A DNA stretch of 64,000 nt from an uncultured bacterium (GCA_964250245.1 CAXUFI010000001.1:209-64208); one strand, 5' to 3'; positions 19,225 through 29,826 are shown, counted from the first letter of the stretch. Numbers and translations are program-made. The notes: generated by a model not told the origin, from the sequence alone.

Positions 19225-22200
19225 TCACGCCGTCGTCTCTATCTCAGGAAAGCCGTGTGCGGCCGCATTCCGGCGGATACGGTCGACAATCTCCGGCGAT
19301 AGGCCATCAGCAAACTCGCCGCTGATATCAATCCCGACCTCGACACGAGATCCGCCGACAGCGTGCATATGCGCAATGATGTCGGTCGCAAGTTGCGAGG
19401 CGACGCGCGATAGCCGCGTCGGGTCATCGAGCTTAACGTTTAAGAAAATCGTACGCGCTCGTTGTAATGCGCGCACACCGTTAGCCGGTGCATCGTCCTT
19501 TGAATTAGGAGCCTTCCCCCCATCGCTTGCTCCGGGGTCATTACTGGCCGGCCCGCGTGCTTCTTCGTCGCGGCGCTTATCTGCATCGCGCTGACTGATT
19601 GCAGCGTCCGCACGTACCACCAGCCCTGCCGCAACATCGATATCATTACCCGACGTATCGATCCCAGCTCGCAGACCAAGGTATCGACCGGCCTCATCGA
19701 TACCTTCTGCGTACGCAAATGTCTCCGTCGGCCAGGTCAACAAACTAATCCCGGCGGCCACACCGGACCGCAACGTTTCGATTGACCGTAAGCGGCGTAG
19801 CCACGGATATTGAGCGAAATACTCGTAAAGCGTCGCCACGTGAATATGAGATGTCTCGCCCCAAAGCTTCTTTCCGTCGAGTTCGTGGCGCAAATTTATC
19901 CCGCCGAGCGTCGAGGCTAGTAGACCATCGCGCTCAAGACGAGCTGAGAGCGCTCCTGTTGCGGAGTCGCCGCCCTCAACTCGCAACTCCGTCAATTCGA
20001 TCGGCGCACCAGGCTCAGCCGCTTGAGAGGGCACGAGCGCGTGGCACCAACATGAGCGCAATCCTCGTGTGACGTCCTCGCTCGCTTGTCGCACCTTTTC
20101 CTCGGCGGTCCGAACCTGGGTCTGAGTCAGCTCGAAACGATCTCGTTCATCGAGAATGCGTCGCCACGCCATAGCTTGTCGTAGTGAGCCCTCAAGTGTC
20201 TCAAGCCGTGTCTCATCAGGCGCAAGAAAGATAATCGCGTTACGGTAACGACGATTTCCTTCCCCAATGTGAGCTACGGCATCTAAGGCAAAGCGCTTCG
20301 CCGACGTCTCGGCGCGCCTTCCCACGTTCGTCAGTTCGGGACCGAGCAATACCAATCGCGTATCTGGCTCGTCAGGGATTTCTGCGCTCGATCGCTTCGC
20401 AAGATGTATGCGCGTAAATGCGCCACGATCGCGCTGCCACCCGACGAGAAGCTTACCAAGTTCTTCATGAAGCTCGTAGCGTTCAAACTGATTCGCTAAT
20501 TCCTGCGCTCGGCGGTTAAGGTTAGGCGTCACCGCAAACCAAAACCGAGTCCCATCCGTATTAACGTGTGTCGCGTCGTCGGTCAGCCGGCGAGTCGCGT
20601 CGTCGAATGTTGAGAGCTGGTCGCCCGGAAACGCGCATCCAAGACGGATCGTTCTCGCATCTACTCCAAGCGTGGGCGCGCCGGGCCGGTGTTCAGCGTT
20701 CTGAGGAGCAGTCGCAAAGAAAATGGCGCGTGCGGCGCGTTGCGCGGCTTTTGCACGGCCAAGGTTCAGATGCCGTTCATCAATGCGCGCCGCTACTGAA
20801 TTGTCCCCGACGACGTCACGATTGAGAACGCTTCGCCATGGTTCGCCAAGGTAACGAATCAGGTCGCCAACGATCGTGGCATCTTCGAGCGGAAGCAGTC
20901 CCGGCACGATAAGAGGCAACGTATCTCCGCCTGCCCACAAAATATGAACGACTGCAGCCATCAGGCGAAGTACGCCACGCGTGCGCTGGAACTGCTCGAT
21001 TGCGCCCCACTCGTTGTAAAGCTTCTCGAAGAGTTCCGGATGAATAGGATAGCAGTCGCGCAGGCGCTCAAGGTATGCGGCTTCACTAGCGTGCGGCGGG
21101 AACGAGGTGTTCTTGTCACGATAGAAGCGGTGCAACTTTGCCACGACCGCATCGCGGCGGCGCTCGTGATCTGCGTCGAGCGGCTCGAAAAGCCGGCGGC
21201 GAACAATCGCGTAACTCTCACCTGCATCGGCAGGCTGCCAATTCGCTTGTTTGCGAGCTATTACATTACGAAGCCGATCCAGTGCAGCACGACCTCGTGC
21301 GCCACCAACCTCGATCTCACTCCCCTCGCGTTGGTCTTCCGTAACTGGAAGACTGACGACCAACATCGCTCCCGGCGTTGCAGAAACAGCCTCAGTCAAC
21401 GCCTGGGCAAAAGTAAACTGTGTTTCAAAAGTGCCACCGCAGAGTACGGTTTCGTCGCCGAGCTGTCGCGCGTACGCAACCCATTCGTCGACTAGAATCA
21501 GGCAGGGTGCATAACGACGGAGCAACTGGTCGAGTGCAGCCCCTGGACTTGTCCCCGTTACGTCGGCTCCGGCGACGAGCGCGTAACCCTCTGGACCACC
21601 TAGCTGATACGCCAGTTCGCCCCATATCGTACGGACGATCGTACCATCGGCCTTCTCGACTGGCTGGCCAGCCGAAAGTTTTGTCCCAACAACAACGGCG
21701 CGTTCAATCTTAGGGAGGCGCTCAATCCCGAGCGATGTGAAGAGGTCTTTAATACCGAGAAGCGACCCGGGATCGGCGCCTGAGCAGAGATGATATAGAG
21801 CGAGCAACGCGTGAGTTTTGCCGCCACCAAAACTTGTTTGTAGTTCAATCACGGGATCACCGCCAGTGCCCGTGAACCGTTTGGCTCCCGTTTCGATCAA
21901 GGCCCTAAGCCCTGACGTAAGATAGGTGCGGGCGAAGAACGCTGCTGGGTTACCGTACTCCGCGCCCGCGGTTCCCTGTGCAACTTGGAAAAGATCTGCG
22001 GCGAATTCCGCATTAACAAACCGTCGGCTCACGACATCGGGATGTGGCGACATAATGTCGCGCCAAGGAGTTAAAGTACGATCAGCAACGTCGACGGCAA
22101 GGAAGGCGGTCTGCCGTGATTCGTGACCTGCTGAATCTGATTGGGGCGTTGCCTTTTCAGGCTTAACTTGCGCAGCCGCAAAACGCTCAGATCCAGTCAA

Positions 22201-22605
22201 TTCTTTTAATGCACGGACGCGTTCGCCTTGCGGACCAGCTCCGACGGCGTTCAGGAGAGCTTCGACGGCAATGAGGGCTCCGAGAGTCCGGTCTAGATCG
22301 AATTCTTCTTGGTGCATGTGTGCATTTCGAATTGCACGTACTTCATGTAGAAGCGTTTGCTCACGTTTGCCGAGTACTTGACCGAACACAGGCTGCCAAT
22401 GAGCAATCATTACCGAGCAGAGTGCGCTTACATCGAAGGTCGGCTGCCCACGACCATCGGTCGTAAACGCGTCGCCTCGGAGCGCGGCCCGCGCCTGTTC
22501 AATCCACCCGCTTTTGTATGCCAGCGTCATCTGCTGTGCGACGAACGGATTGAGCCCGGCGCGTAAGTCGATGAGGGCATCGTCGATACGCTGCCGAGTC
22601 GTCAC
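19225..22605 (-). CDS. DUF499-type P-loop ATPase with an N-terminal Swt1-like HEPN domain
   Basis: P-loop context TSFGGGKTHALLALYHL. N-terminal HEVRAIRNAHMH (Rx4H). Start taken at GTG 22605, which overlaps the methylase TGA (GTGA); the ORF-track extension to 22719 is probably not translated. Confidence 0.8.
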   Translation of the reverse strand: MTTRQRIDDALIDLRAGLNPFVAQQMTLAYKSGWIEQARAALRGDAFTTDGRGQPTFDVSALCSVMIAHWQPVFGQVLGKREQTLLHEVRAIRNAHMHQEEFDLDRTLGALIAVEALLNAVGAGPQGERVRALKELTGSERFAAAQVKPEKATPQSDSAGHESRQTAFLAVDVADRTLTPWRDIMSPHPDVVSRRFVNAEFAADLFQVAQGTAGAEYGNPAAFFARTYLTSGLRALIETGAKRFTGTGGDPVIELQTSFGGGKTHALLALYHLCSGADPGSLLGIKDLFTSLGIERLPKIERAVVVGTKLSAGQPVEKADGTIVRTIWGELAYQLGGPEGYALVAGADVTGTSPGAALDQLLRRYAPCLILVDEWVAYARQLGDETVLCGGTFETQFTFAQALTEAVSATPGAMLVVSLPVTEDQREGSEIEVGGARGRAALDRLRNVIARKQANWQPADAGESYAIVRRRLFEPLDADHERRRDAVVAKLHRFYRDKNTSFPPHASEAAYLERLRDCYPIHPELFEKLYNEWGAIEQFQRTRGVLRLMAAVVHILWAGGDTLPLIVPGLLPLEDATIVGDLIRYLGEPWRSVLNRDVVGDNSVAARIDERHLNLGRAKAAQRAARAIFFATAPQNAEHRPGAPTLGVDARTIRLGCAFPGDQLSTFDDATRRLTDDATHVNTDGTRFWFAVTPNLNRRAQELANQFERYELHEELGKLLVGWQRDRGAFTRIHLAKRSSAEIPDEPDTRLVLLGPELTNVGRRAETSAKRFALDAVAHIGEGNRRYRNAIIFLAPDETRLETLEGSLRQAMAWRRILDERDRFELTQTQVRTAEEKVRQASEDVTRGLRSCWCHALVPSQAAEPGAPIELTELRVEGGDSATGALSARLERDGLLASTLGGINLRHELDGKKLWGETSHIHVATLYEYFAQYPWLRRLRSIETLRSGVAAGISLLTWPTETFAYAEGIDEAGRYLGLRAGIDTSGNDIDVAAGLVVRADAAISQRDADKRRDEEARGPASNDPGASDGGKAPNSKDDAPANGVRALQRARTIFLNVKLDDPTRLSRVASQLATDIIAHMHAVGGSRVEVGIDISGEFADGLSPEIVDRIRRNAAAHGFPEIETTA

Positions 22606-25421
22606 TGGAGAAGTTCCTGACGTGGCGCTACTTCCCCGGCGCGCCGTTCGATCTCCGGCCACGCCGTAATTAATGCGTTGAAATCGCGAGCTTCCGTTAC
22701 GCGCTTGTTTTGATCGCAAAGCAAGTAACAGTGGTATGCAATGCTTTTGAGACGGTCGGTGTTGTCCAAGCCGATCGTGCGTAGGAGGTTAGCAGCGTTA
22801 TCCTCGCCACCTTCTTCGCTAACCAACGCTGCAATTAACGCAACAAGCTGCGACCACGCTGGAGCCGAAGCAAATACGGCGAACGGCACATGCTCTATGT
22901 CGCGCGGACTGCGCAGTCGCGCGATACCTCCGTCAAGTTCGAGAGCGCCAGTCCCCTTTAAAGCGCCGGCTTTAGCGTTCTTGGCCCGCAGCAGATCGTC
23001 GGCCTGACCGTACTTGCCTGCATCATACGCAAAAGTATCAAACCACGCGAGGGCGAACTGGGTCTCAGCATCAACATCGGCTATCTCGCCGAGCAATATC
23101 TGCCCGAGTTCATCGTTAATAAGCTTGAGAGCGGAGCGCACGCTCATCGCACGGTCATCTGCTTCGAGAATCGCGCGATATTTTGAGAAAATTGCCATAC
23201 CGGGACCTAGGGCCGACTGCTGTAGATCGGTCGCGGCGAGGCTAGCGTCGCGAAGCCTTTGCACGGCGATCGGCAATTCCGTACGAACCTCCCGTAAAAA
23301 GTCTGCGCGACCGCAGACCGGCGCATCCGCAGATCTCGGGCGACAGACAAGGACGACAGAGGATGCCAAAGCGTTCGAATCCTGTGCTCGTTGCCGATTG
23401 GCAAGCTCACTGGTCATTGGCCAGGTTCCCGTAATGGAAAGTCCTGCGTCGAGGATAGCTGAAAGCATCGTTTCCCAACCAATGGAAACTCGGCCGGCGA
23501 GTTCAGGATCAGGCTCATCGCGATCGATCTCGGTCTGTTTGAACGCATAGAAGATAAGCGCCGGCGCCGTCGAGGTTTGCTGCTCGCGAAGTCCGATGAA
23601 AGCTTGCCTCAATCCGTCTTCGAAAAACGTGCGTGCCTTTTGCGAGTCACTTCCAAAGCGGGCTGGGTCCGCCACCAACTCTTCTCGTTTCGGAACCAAT
23701 AATGTGGCCATCGATTCGGGATACAGGTGACCAATGCTCGATCGAAGCCAAACGTAGAAAAAGTCTGATAGGTCAGCATATGGAACGTTATCGTAGTAGG
23801 GCGGGTCCGTCGCGATGAGCTTCGGTGCCGGATCTGGTGACGCGGTCGCGTCCGCTATCCACGCTCGGGCCGACGCGCCGGCGCTCGCCGCCGCTACGCA
23901 TTTGCGCACCCAATCAAGAGCTCCGCTGAAATTGCCTGAGCTATCGCTTAACGGGTTGACTTCGACGAAATCCCAAGTCATTGAAAGGGTTTGACGCGTA
24001 AAGACGTGCGTAATCTTTTCACCAGAGGCATGCCAGGTGCATAGGTTCGAGCAGTAATCAGCGAGACGATCGAGAGCGAGAGCCAGGTAAGTCGTTACTG
24101 CGGTCGCGTAGGCTCGTGCACCGGAAGCACCCGACTCCAACGAACCCAGGTGTTCCGGCATTCCTGCCGCGACGGCGTCTCGTTCGATACGATCCTGCAT
24201 GTCACGAATTAGGTCACAGAACGTAGTCATTGCCAGTAGCTGGCGTTGCGTAAAGAGATCCCCAAACGTCTTCATGCCGTAAAGTGGAGGGCTCATATAA
24301 CGTGGGTTTAGAACTAGCTCGGCGTCGATCGTCCAGCCAGGAATAGCGGAGGCAGCGTCACGCTCGTGTTGTTCGTTTGGCGGAAGGTACGTGCGGCCAC
24401 GCCCCGTGTCGGCGACGATGGCTAACATCTGCACCCCCATCCGTTTGGCCTTGCCTTCGGTACGAATGTACGCGAGGGATATGGGCTCATCACATACGAG
24501 GCATTGTGCGCCGCGCCGATTCATCGTGCCAATTCGGCTTGGCTTTCCAGCCCGTGTTGTGAAGTGCACCGTCTTTGCAACGCGATCGACGACAGGTTCC
24601 GCGCTCCATTCCTTTCCAGGCCGCGTACACAGCCCGAAGGTTTTTACGAGCGGGATCGTAGCACCGCATACAGGATTCGGACATGCTACCGTGCGCGCCC
24701 ATAGCCACGCAATCGTCGGCGCGTCAGCACCGGATAAAAGGCGCGTCGCGGGGTAAAGTGCGCCGATTTTTACTCGTGCTGCTTCGAACACATCTCGGCC
24801 GTACGCCTCGAGATCGGCAGCGAGGCCGCTCGCTTTGTCCCAAGAGCGCTCGTTTAATGGACCGCGTAACGATGGATGGACCGGGCGAGAGCCACGGAAT
24901 CGCCATGGAATTTCGGTGAGCGATTTCGTAATTAACATTGCGACGGGGTTGATGTCGCTGGCGAGCGTTGGTAGCCCAAGTCTCTGACTCTCGATTGGAA
25001 TGGCGCCACCGCCGCAAAAAGGATCATAGACGGTCGGCAGCTCGTCACCGACGCTTGCTCGGATCTCCGCTTTCGCTTCAGCGAGCACGTGTTCGTTCGT
25101 GGTGTTCTCCCACTCCACGAGGCGCCCAATCAGCCGGAAGAGTCGTTCTCGCTCCGTATCCTGTGAGGCTTTACTAGTGAACCGCTCTGGATGGGCCGAC
25201 GGGTCGTCTACGAGGGAAGCGAAAAGCACGGCGCGACAGGCTGCAAGAGGTCGGCGTGCCCACCAAAGATGCAACGTCGATGGATGACCGTGACGCAGGC
25301 TCTTCTCCCGGGCGCTTGCGGCATTGATCGCCGCTAACGGAAGTGCAACTTCAATGAGCTTCTTGCGATACGGAGGCGTCGCGGGGTCGACGACCGGGGA
25401 TAGAACGGAGTGGGGAAGCAT
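22602..25421 (-). CDS. DUF1156-type DNA methyltransferase (amino-MTase, DPPY motif)
   Basis: 939 aa. N-terminal LHLWWARRPLAACRAVLFASL (DUF1156), motif I DPFCGGGAIP, motif IV IATDPPYYDNVPY. Confidence 0.85.
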   Translation of the reverse strand: MLPHSVLSPVVDPATPPYRKKLIEVALPLAAINAASAREKSLRHGHPSTLHLWWARRPLAACRAVLFASLVDDPSAHPERFTSKASQDTERERLFRLIGRLVEWENTTNEHVLAEAKAEIRASVGDELPTVYDPFCGGGAIPIESQRLGLPTLASDINPVAMLITKSLTEIPWRFRGSRPVHPSLRGPLNERSWDKASGLAADLEAYGRDVFEAARVKIGALYPATRLLSGADAPTIAWLWARTVACPNPVCGATIPLVKTFGLCTRPGKEWSAEPVVDRVAKTVHFTTRAGKPSRIGTMNRRGAQCLVCDEPISLAYIRTEGKAKRMGVQMLAIVADTGRGRTYLPPNEQHERDAASAIPGWTIDAELVLNPRYMSPPLYGMKTFGDLFTQRQLLAMTTFCDLIRDMQDRIERDAVAAGMPEHLGSLESGASGARAYATAVTTYLALALDRLADYCSNLCTWHASGEKITHVFTRQTLSMTWDFVEVNPLSDSSGNFSGALDWVRKCVAAASAGASARAWIADATASPDPAPKLIATDPPYYDNVPYADLSDFFYVWLRSSIGHLYPESMATLLVPKREELVADPARFGSDSQKARTFFEDGLRQAFIGLREQQTSTAPALIFYAFKQTEIDRDEPDPELAGRVSIGWETMLSAILDAGLSITGTWPMTSELANRQRAQDSNALASSVVLVCRPRSADAPVCGRADFLREVRTELPIAVQRLRDASLAATDLQQSALGPGMAIFSKYRAILEADDRAMSVRSALKLINDELGQILLGEIADVDAETQFALAWFDTFAYDAGKYGQADDLLRAKNAKAGALKGTGALELDGGIARLRSPRDIEHVPFAVFASAPAWSQLVALIAALVSEEGGEDNAANLLRTIGLDNTDRLKSIAYHCYLLCDQNKRVTEARDFNALITAWPEIERRAGEVAPRQELLQ

Positions 25422-25434
25422 TAGTCCTCAATCT

Positions 25435-28400
25435 TCATGATGGCTCAGTAGCGCTCAAGAGCAGCTCCGAAATGTTGTACGTCACGCTTGTTGCTGCAAA
25501 GTCCGGTTCGCGGTTAAATGGGCGCCGGACATACCGGATGACCGGCGCCCGGTCGCGCGCTACGAGGACGAGAGCAAGAATAAAGTCGTCGGGCTTGTTA
25601 AGCCCAGTTAGGATCTCGTTTTTGGTGACCGTTACGGTCGGTGCCGCTGCATCTCGACCTTTTACCTCAAGGAAGCGGAGCCGTCCTGAGTTTCCGCACG
25701 CGGATTCGACGTCGTACCCCAGATTCAACGCGCTAACATCACGCGGAACGAAACCGAGAGCATGCTCGGCTCGGACTACCGCTTCCATTGCGATCCTTTC
25801 GACTTCGGCCCGGGATGCTGTATCGGGAGCGCTAGGATCGGCAGCAAAGAAGCCTACCGGTACGATGAGCGCCATGCCGACCAGTCGCGGTGGTAACATC
25901 GTTAGTCGCTTCTGGTTCTGAAGCTCGTCCTCTCGGCGTTGTAGACGCGCGCGAAGATCGTCGGCCCACTGTCGTTCACGATCGGCGTTGAGTCGAATTT
26001 GCTTTCCCGCGCGTGCCGCTTCATCGAGTTCCACCGCGCGGCGCTCGTGAAAGGTAATCTCGCTAACGAGTCGTTCGCGAACTTGCGCCAGCGTTCGGTC
26101 GATGCGCTCACCGGTGCTCTGTTCAAGCTCTCGGCGGCGCTGCGGTAAGATTTCACCAATCGCAAATGCCCGCGCAGGCTCCTCAACATCGTTGCTTAGC
26201 CACGGCGCAGTCAGAAGCGGCCTAAGACTTTCCAATTCAGGATTGGATGCTGGGCGATAATCTAAATGTGGCGCGTAACCCGCAGCTCGTAACACACCGT
26301 CCTGCTTGCGTTCTACGAAACACAGATCGCGCCACACAACTTCATTGCCTCCTCCTCGACGGGGGCGTCCGTCTTGGAGGGCCGCCTCATATACAAACAT
26401 TAGCCGTGGCGTACGCCCGACATCAGTCGGGTCCACAAGCACTGTGCCGGCTTGAATGCTGGCGCCGTCGCCTTCGATGGTGAGATCGACGACCGTGTCC
26501 AGTAATGGATGCCCAGGGCAAACGAAGGTGGCGGGAGGCGGCCCGGCTACGTCATTTTTATCGAAGGCCACCCGCTCATAACGTCGGGGTAACTCGGCAG
26601 ACGCGATCTGCCGGGCGCGATTGCGTACCACGAGCGGAACGTTGCGGATCTCGCATCGGCTGCCATCCGTAGATCGGACGCTCCCGCCCAGTCGTCGAAA
26701 TGCTTCGACAAAAAAACTACGTATAAAGTGAGGCTGCAGTCGACGCGCGTCTGCGCGTTCCATGTCTGCGCGGACTTTTTGTACGAGACGCAGGTCCATC
26801 GTGTCCGCAGCGAGAGCGCGCTCCGCCATGAGCGCTTTCGCACGATCAACGTCAAGAAGATTATCCAGCCGCTCTTCAAAGCGCTGACGTACCTCTGCGC
26901 TTTCGTTGTGTCGAACCGCATCAAGCAGCAGATCGCGTAGCGGCACGTCGCGGAAAAACTCGCCAAGAATATCGAAGATGCCGTCTCCGAGCATTTTGCG
27001 TTGCTCGTCGATCTTCAAAAAAAGCTTTGCGAACACATCGCCTTCGCGGGTACCGTTTGCTATAAAATTCCAAAGGTGACAGACCTCGGTCTGTCCGATG
27101 CGGTGGATACGTCCAAATCGTTGCTCGATGCGATTAGGGTTCCACGGTAAGTCGTAGTTCGCCATTAAATGGGCGCGCTGAAGGTTGATGCCCTCGCCCG
27201 CGGCGTCGGTGGCGACAAGGACTTCAACTGTTGGATCGTTGCGGAACGCTTCTTCTGCAGATTTACGCTGCTCGCGCCTCATTCCACCGTGAATGACAAC
27301 AACGGCATCTTCTCGACCGCGCAGTGCACGAATACGCTGCACGAGATCAGTAAGCGTGTCGCGATGCTCAGTGAAGATCACGAACTTGCGGCGATTCCAC
27401 GTACCGGTCGTCAGGAGGTCGCTTCCAGACATAATTTTCGACAGCTCTCGCCACTTTGCGTCGGATTCAGGGTCGCGCCGCACTCGTGCCGCCAAGCCTT
27501 CGAGGCCTTTTAGAATCTCGATCTCGGCTTGCAGTTCGCTCTCAGTTCGGGCGGCGGTAGACTCATCGACGACGCGGTCAGCAATAGCCTCAAGCTCTGC
27601 GTCGGGCAGATCATCAAGCTCATCCGGATCATCAAGGTCAAACTCGGGCGGCGCCGGCGCAGCCTCCTGTAGCCGCTTCTCGAGGTTCGTGCGACGTCTT
27701 GTCAGCGACGCTGCGATCGCCGCACTAGACGAGGCAAGTCGACGCTGAAGTATCGTGAGTGCAAAGCCAACGTTGCCCCGCCGCCGGCCGTCAAGGCGAT
27801 CCGCGCGGTTAAATTGATCGCGTACGTACGCGCTAACCGCGTCATAAAGTTCGCGCTCAAGCGGTGAGAGCTCGAATGCAACGGTAGACGCTCGCCGTTC
27901 TGGAAAGAGCCGGCGCCCGTCAAAACGCAACAGCTCTTCTTTGACCAGTCGCCGCATCAGGTCGCCAAGTTCAGCACGGTTTATCCGGCCGCGCTCGTCT
28001 CGATATCTCCCTTCGAAGCGATCGGGGTCGAGCAGCGCCAGGAAAAGTTGAAAGTCTGCTTCTTTGCCATTGTGCGGCGTGGCGGAAAGAAGTAGCAAAT
28101 GGCGCGTGAGTGGTGCGATGAGTTGGCCGAGCTGATACCGCTTCGTCCGCTTGACTTCGTTGCCGAAGACGGTCGCTGCCATCTTGTGCGCTTCATCGAC
28201 GACGATGAGATCCCAAGGCGTCACGTGTCGCAAACGTTCGTGCAACACTTCGTCCCGACTGAGCTTATCGAGACGTGCGATCGCTAGCGGATGTTCTTCG
28301 AACCAGCGCGCACCCCCAGAAGCCTCCAGCTGGTCGGCTGTGAGAATGTCGAAGCGAAGATGAAACTTGCTTTCGAGCTCGTCTTGCCACTGTTCAACAA

Positions 28401-28914
28401 GAGATCCGGGAGCGATGATGAGGCATCGCTGCAGGTCACCGCGGGCCATCAATTCACGGATAAAGAGACCTGTCATGATCGTCTTCCCGGCACCTGGATC
28501 ATCGGCGAGCAAGAAGCGCAGTGGATGGCGGGAGAGAAGCTCGCCGTAAACGGCGGTGATTTGATGTGGCAGCGGTTCGACGAGCGATGTATGCACCGCA
28601 AGCAGCGGATCAAAGAGATACGCGAGGCGGATGCGGTGCGCTTCGATCGTCAGTCGAAATCGTTCTGGGTCCGCGTTAAATAGCCAGCGCTTCGTCGCGT
28701 CGGCGACTGCGATGCCAGTAGTCGAGCCGTCGGCAACAAAGACGCCCGTTTGTCCGTCGCGTCGACGGTAGACGACGTTGAAGATGTCACTCTCCGGAAG
28801 CCGTGAGACAGCGATAACTTCAACAAGAACGCCGGACTCTACGCCCGACAATAGACTACCCGGCTTAAGCGCGGGCCAGTCGACAGCGAGGTGTTCTGAC
28901 GAACTTTCAATCAC
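25435..28914 (-). CDS. SF2 (SNF2/DEAH-like) helicase with a C-terminal DUF3883-type PD-(D/E)xK domain
   Basis: 1159 aa. ADDPGAGKT, VVDEAHKM, LLLSATPHNG, ATDAAGEGINLQ and NPNRIEQRFGRIHRIGQ. C-terminus GYDVES...LRFLEVKGR. GTG start. Confidence 0.85.
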   Translation of the reverse strand: MIESSSEHLAVDWPALKPGSLLSGVESGVLVEVIAVSRLPESDIFNVVYRRRDGQTGVFVADGSTTGIAVADATKRWLFNADPERFRLTIEAHRIRLAYLFDPLLAVHTSLVEPLPHQITAVYGELLSRHPLRFLLADDPGAGKTIMTGLFIRELMARGDLQRCLIIAPGSLVEQWQDELESKFHLRFDILTADQLEASGGARWFEEHPLAIARLDKLSRDEVLHERLRHVTPWDLIVVDEAHKMAATVFGNEVKRTKRYQLGQLIAPLTRHLLLLSATPHNGKEADFQLFLALLDPDRFEGRYRDERGRINRAELGDLMRRLVKEELLRFDGRRLFPERRASTVAFELSPLERELYDAVSAYVRDQFNRADRLDGRRRGNVGFALTILQRRLASSSAAIAASLTRRRTNLEKRLQEAAPAPPEFDLDDPDELDDLPDAELEAIADRVVDESTAARTESELQAEIEILKGLEGLAARVRRDPESDAKWRELSKIMSGSDLLTTGTWNRRKFVIFTEHRDTLTDLVQRIRALRGREDAVVVIHGGMRREQRKSAEEAFRNDPTVEVLVATDAAGEGINLQRAHLMANYDLPWNPNRIEQRFGRIHRIGQTEVCHLWNFIANGTREGDVFAKLFLKIDEQRKMLGDGIFDILGEFFRDVPLRDLLLDAVRHNESAEVRQRFEERLDNLLDVDRAKALMAERALAADTMDLRLVQKVRADMERADARRLQPHFIRSFFVEAFRRLGGSVRSTDGSRCEIRNVPLVVRNRARQIASAELPRRYERVAFDKNDVAGPPPATFVCPGHPLLDTVVDLTIEGDGASIQAGTVLVDPTDVGRTPRLMFVYEAALQDGRPRRGGGNEVVWRDLCFVERKQDGVLRAAGYAPHLDYRPASNPELESLRPLLTAPWLSNDVEEPARAFAIGEILPQRRRELEQSTGERIDRTLAQVRERLVSEITFHERRAVELDEAARAGKQIRLNADRERQWADDLRARLQRREDELQNQKRLTMLPPRLVGMALIVPVGFFAADPSAPDTASRAEVERIAMEAVVRAEHALGFVPRDVSALNLGYDVESACGNSGRLRFLEVKGRDAAAPTVTVTKNEILTGLNKPDDFILALVLVARDRAPVIRYVRRPFNREPDFAATSVTYNISELLLSATEPS

Positions 28915-29050
28915 TTAGTACCGAACGCTATTCATAATTGCGGCGTTCAGAACCTGAATTTAGCCTGCGTGCTGTACTTCAACGCACAGCATTGGCAGAA
29001 CTCTAATCTCCGCGAAAATGCGTCCGGCAATAAAGAGCAGATAGCATCGG

Positions 29051-29410
29051 CTAGAATGGGAGTTCATCGTCGGCGTCTCCTGGCAGCTGTAGTTCGTCTG
29101 TCGCATCTGGATCTTTGCCGTCAACCAAGTTCCAGACTGCCTTCTGAAGATATCCCTGACGGTCTTTAGCCATCTCTGTTAGTACGTACAAGCCCGGTAC
29201 GGCAGCATTTCTTCTTTTCCCACGGTTCTTACGAACGTATTGAAGCAATGCTTCACCTAAGCTGACGGCCGTATTATTTGAAATGAAAAAAAAGGTATTC
29301 TCGAAGGCATGAAGCCAGCTGCTAATGTCTTCTCTAGCGTTAAGGAAGTGCCTCACTTCTTCGTGATCCATAAACTCTTCAGAGTGCACCAAGATGTAGG
29401 TCCACTTCAT
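29051..29410 (-). CDS. Hypothetical small soluble protein with an acidic C-terminus
   Basis: 119 aa, AT-rich codons. No recognisable domain. Its ATG overlaps the upstream stop (ATGA). Confidence 0.5.
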   Translation of the reverse strand: MKWTYILVHSEEFMDHEEVRHFLNAREDISSWLHAFENTFFFISNNTAVSLGEALLQYVRKNRGKRRNAAVPGLYVLTEMAKDRQGYLQKAVWNLVDGKDPDATDELQLPGDADDELPF

Positions 29411-29826
29411 TTCGGATCAGTTTCGGGATCCGCTAATGCTTCCTTAGTACGGGCGTCGGCATAGCCGACTGCACTTTTCCAAGGAAGTGCATCAGCCTTC
29501 GGTGACAGCACAATTTTCGGATCTGCAGAGCGCTCCAAAAGGCGTGGGTCATTTATGATCCCGGTTCCTGACTCGAGCATGCTTAGCCGACGATGTCTTA
29601 GACGCCACTCTTCGGATTGCAAGCGGTCGGGGTTCCGGATCATAAAATAGAGATGCGTTATTGTAAATAAACCTGGGAAAAGCGCGGCTAAACCGAGATC
29701 GATACCGAGCGCGACACCCGTTAACCAATGTGCTGCCAAGATTGTAGGTAAGCCGAACCCAAGTGTTAAGACGACAAGAGGCTGCGTAATGCTCTTGATT
29801 GCGGAACCGCTAATGCGTTCTTTCAT
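29407..29826 (-). CDS. Hypothetical small membrane protein (2 predicted TM helices)
   Basis: 139 aa. Hydrophobic stretches PLVVLTLGFGLPTILAAHWL and GVALGIDLGLAALFPGLFTITHLYF, then a ~75-aa soluble tail. Confidence 0.5.
   Translation of the reverse strand: MKERISGSAIKSITQPLVVLTLGFGLPTILAAHWLTGVALGIDLGLAALFPGLFTITHLYFMIRNPDRLQSEEWRLRHRRLSMLESGTGIINDPRLLERSADPKIVLSPKADALPWKSAVGYADARTKEALADPETDPK

Noticed and set aside
22606-22719. N-terminal 38-codon extension of the DUF499 ORF, overlapping the methylase gene by 118 nt.
   Set aside because: The extension is junk-like (MRSKQARNGSSRFQRINYG...). A GTG exactly overlapping the methylase TGA (GTGA) gives a standard coupled start at 22605.
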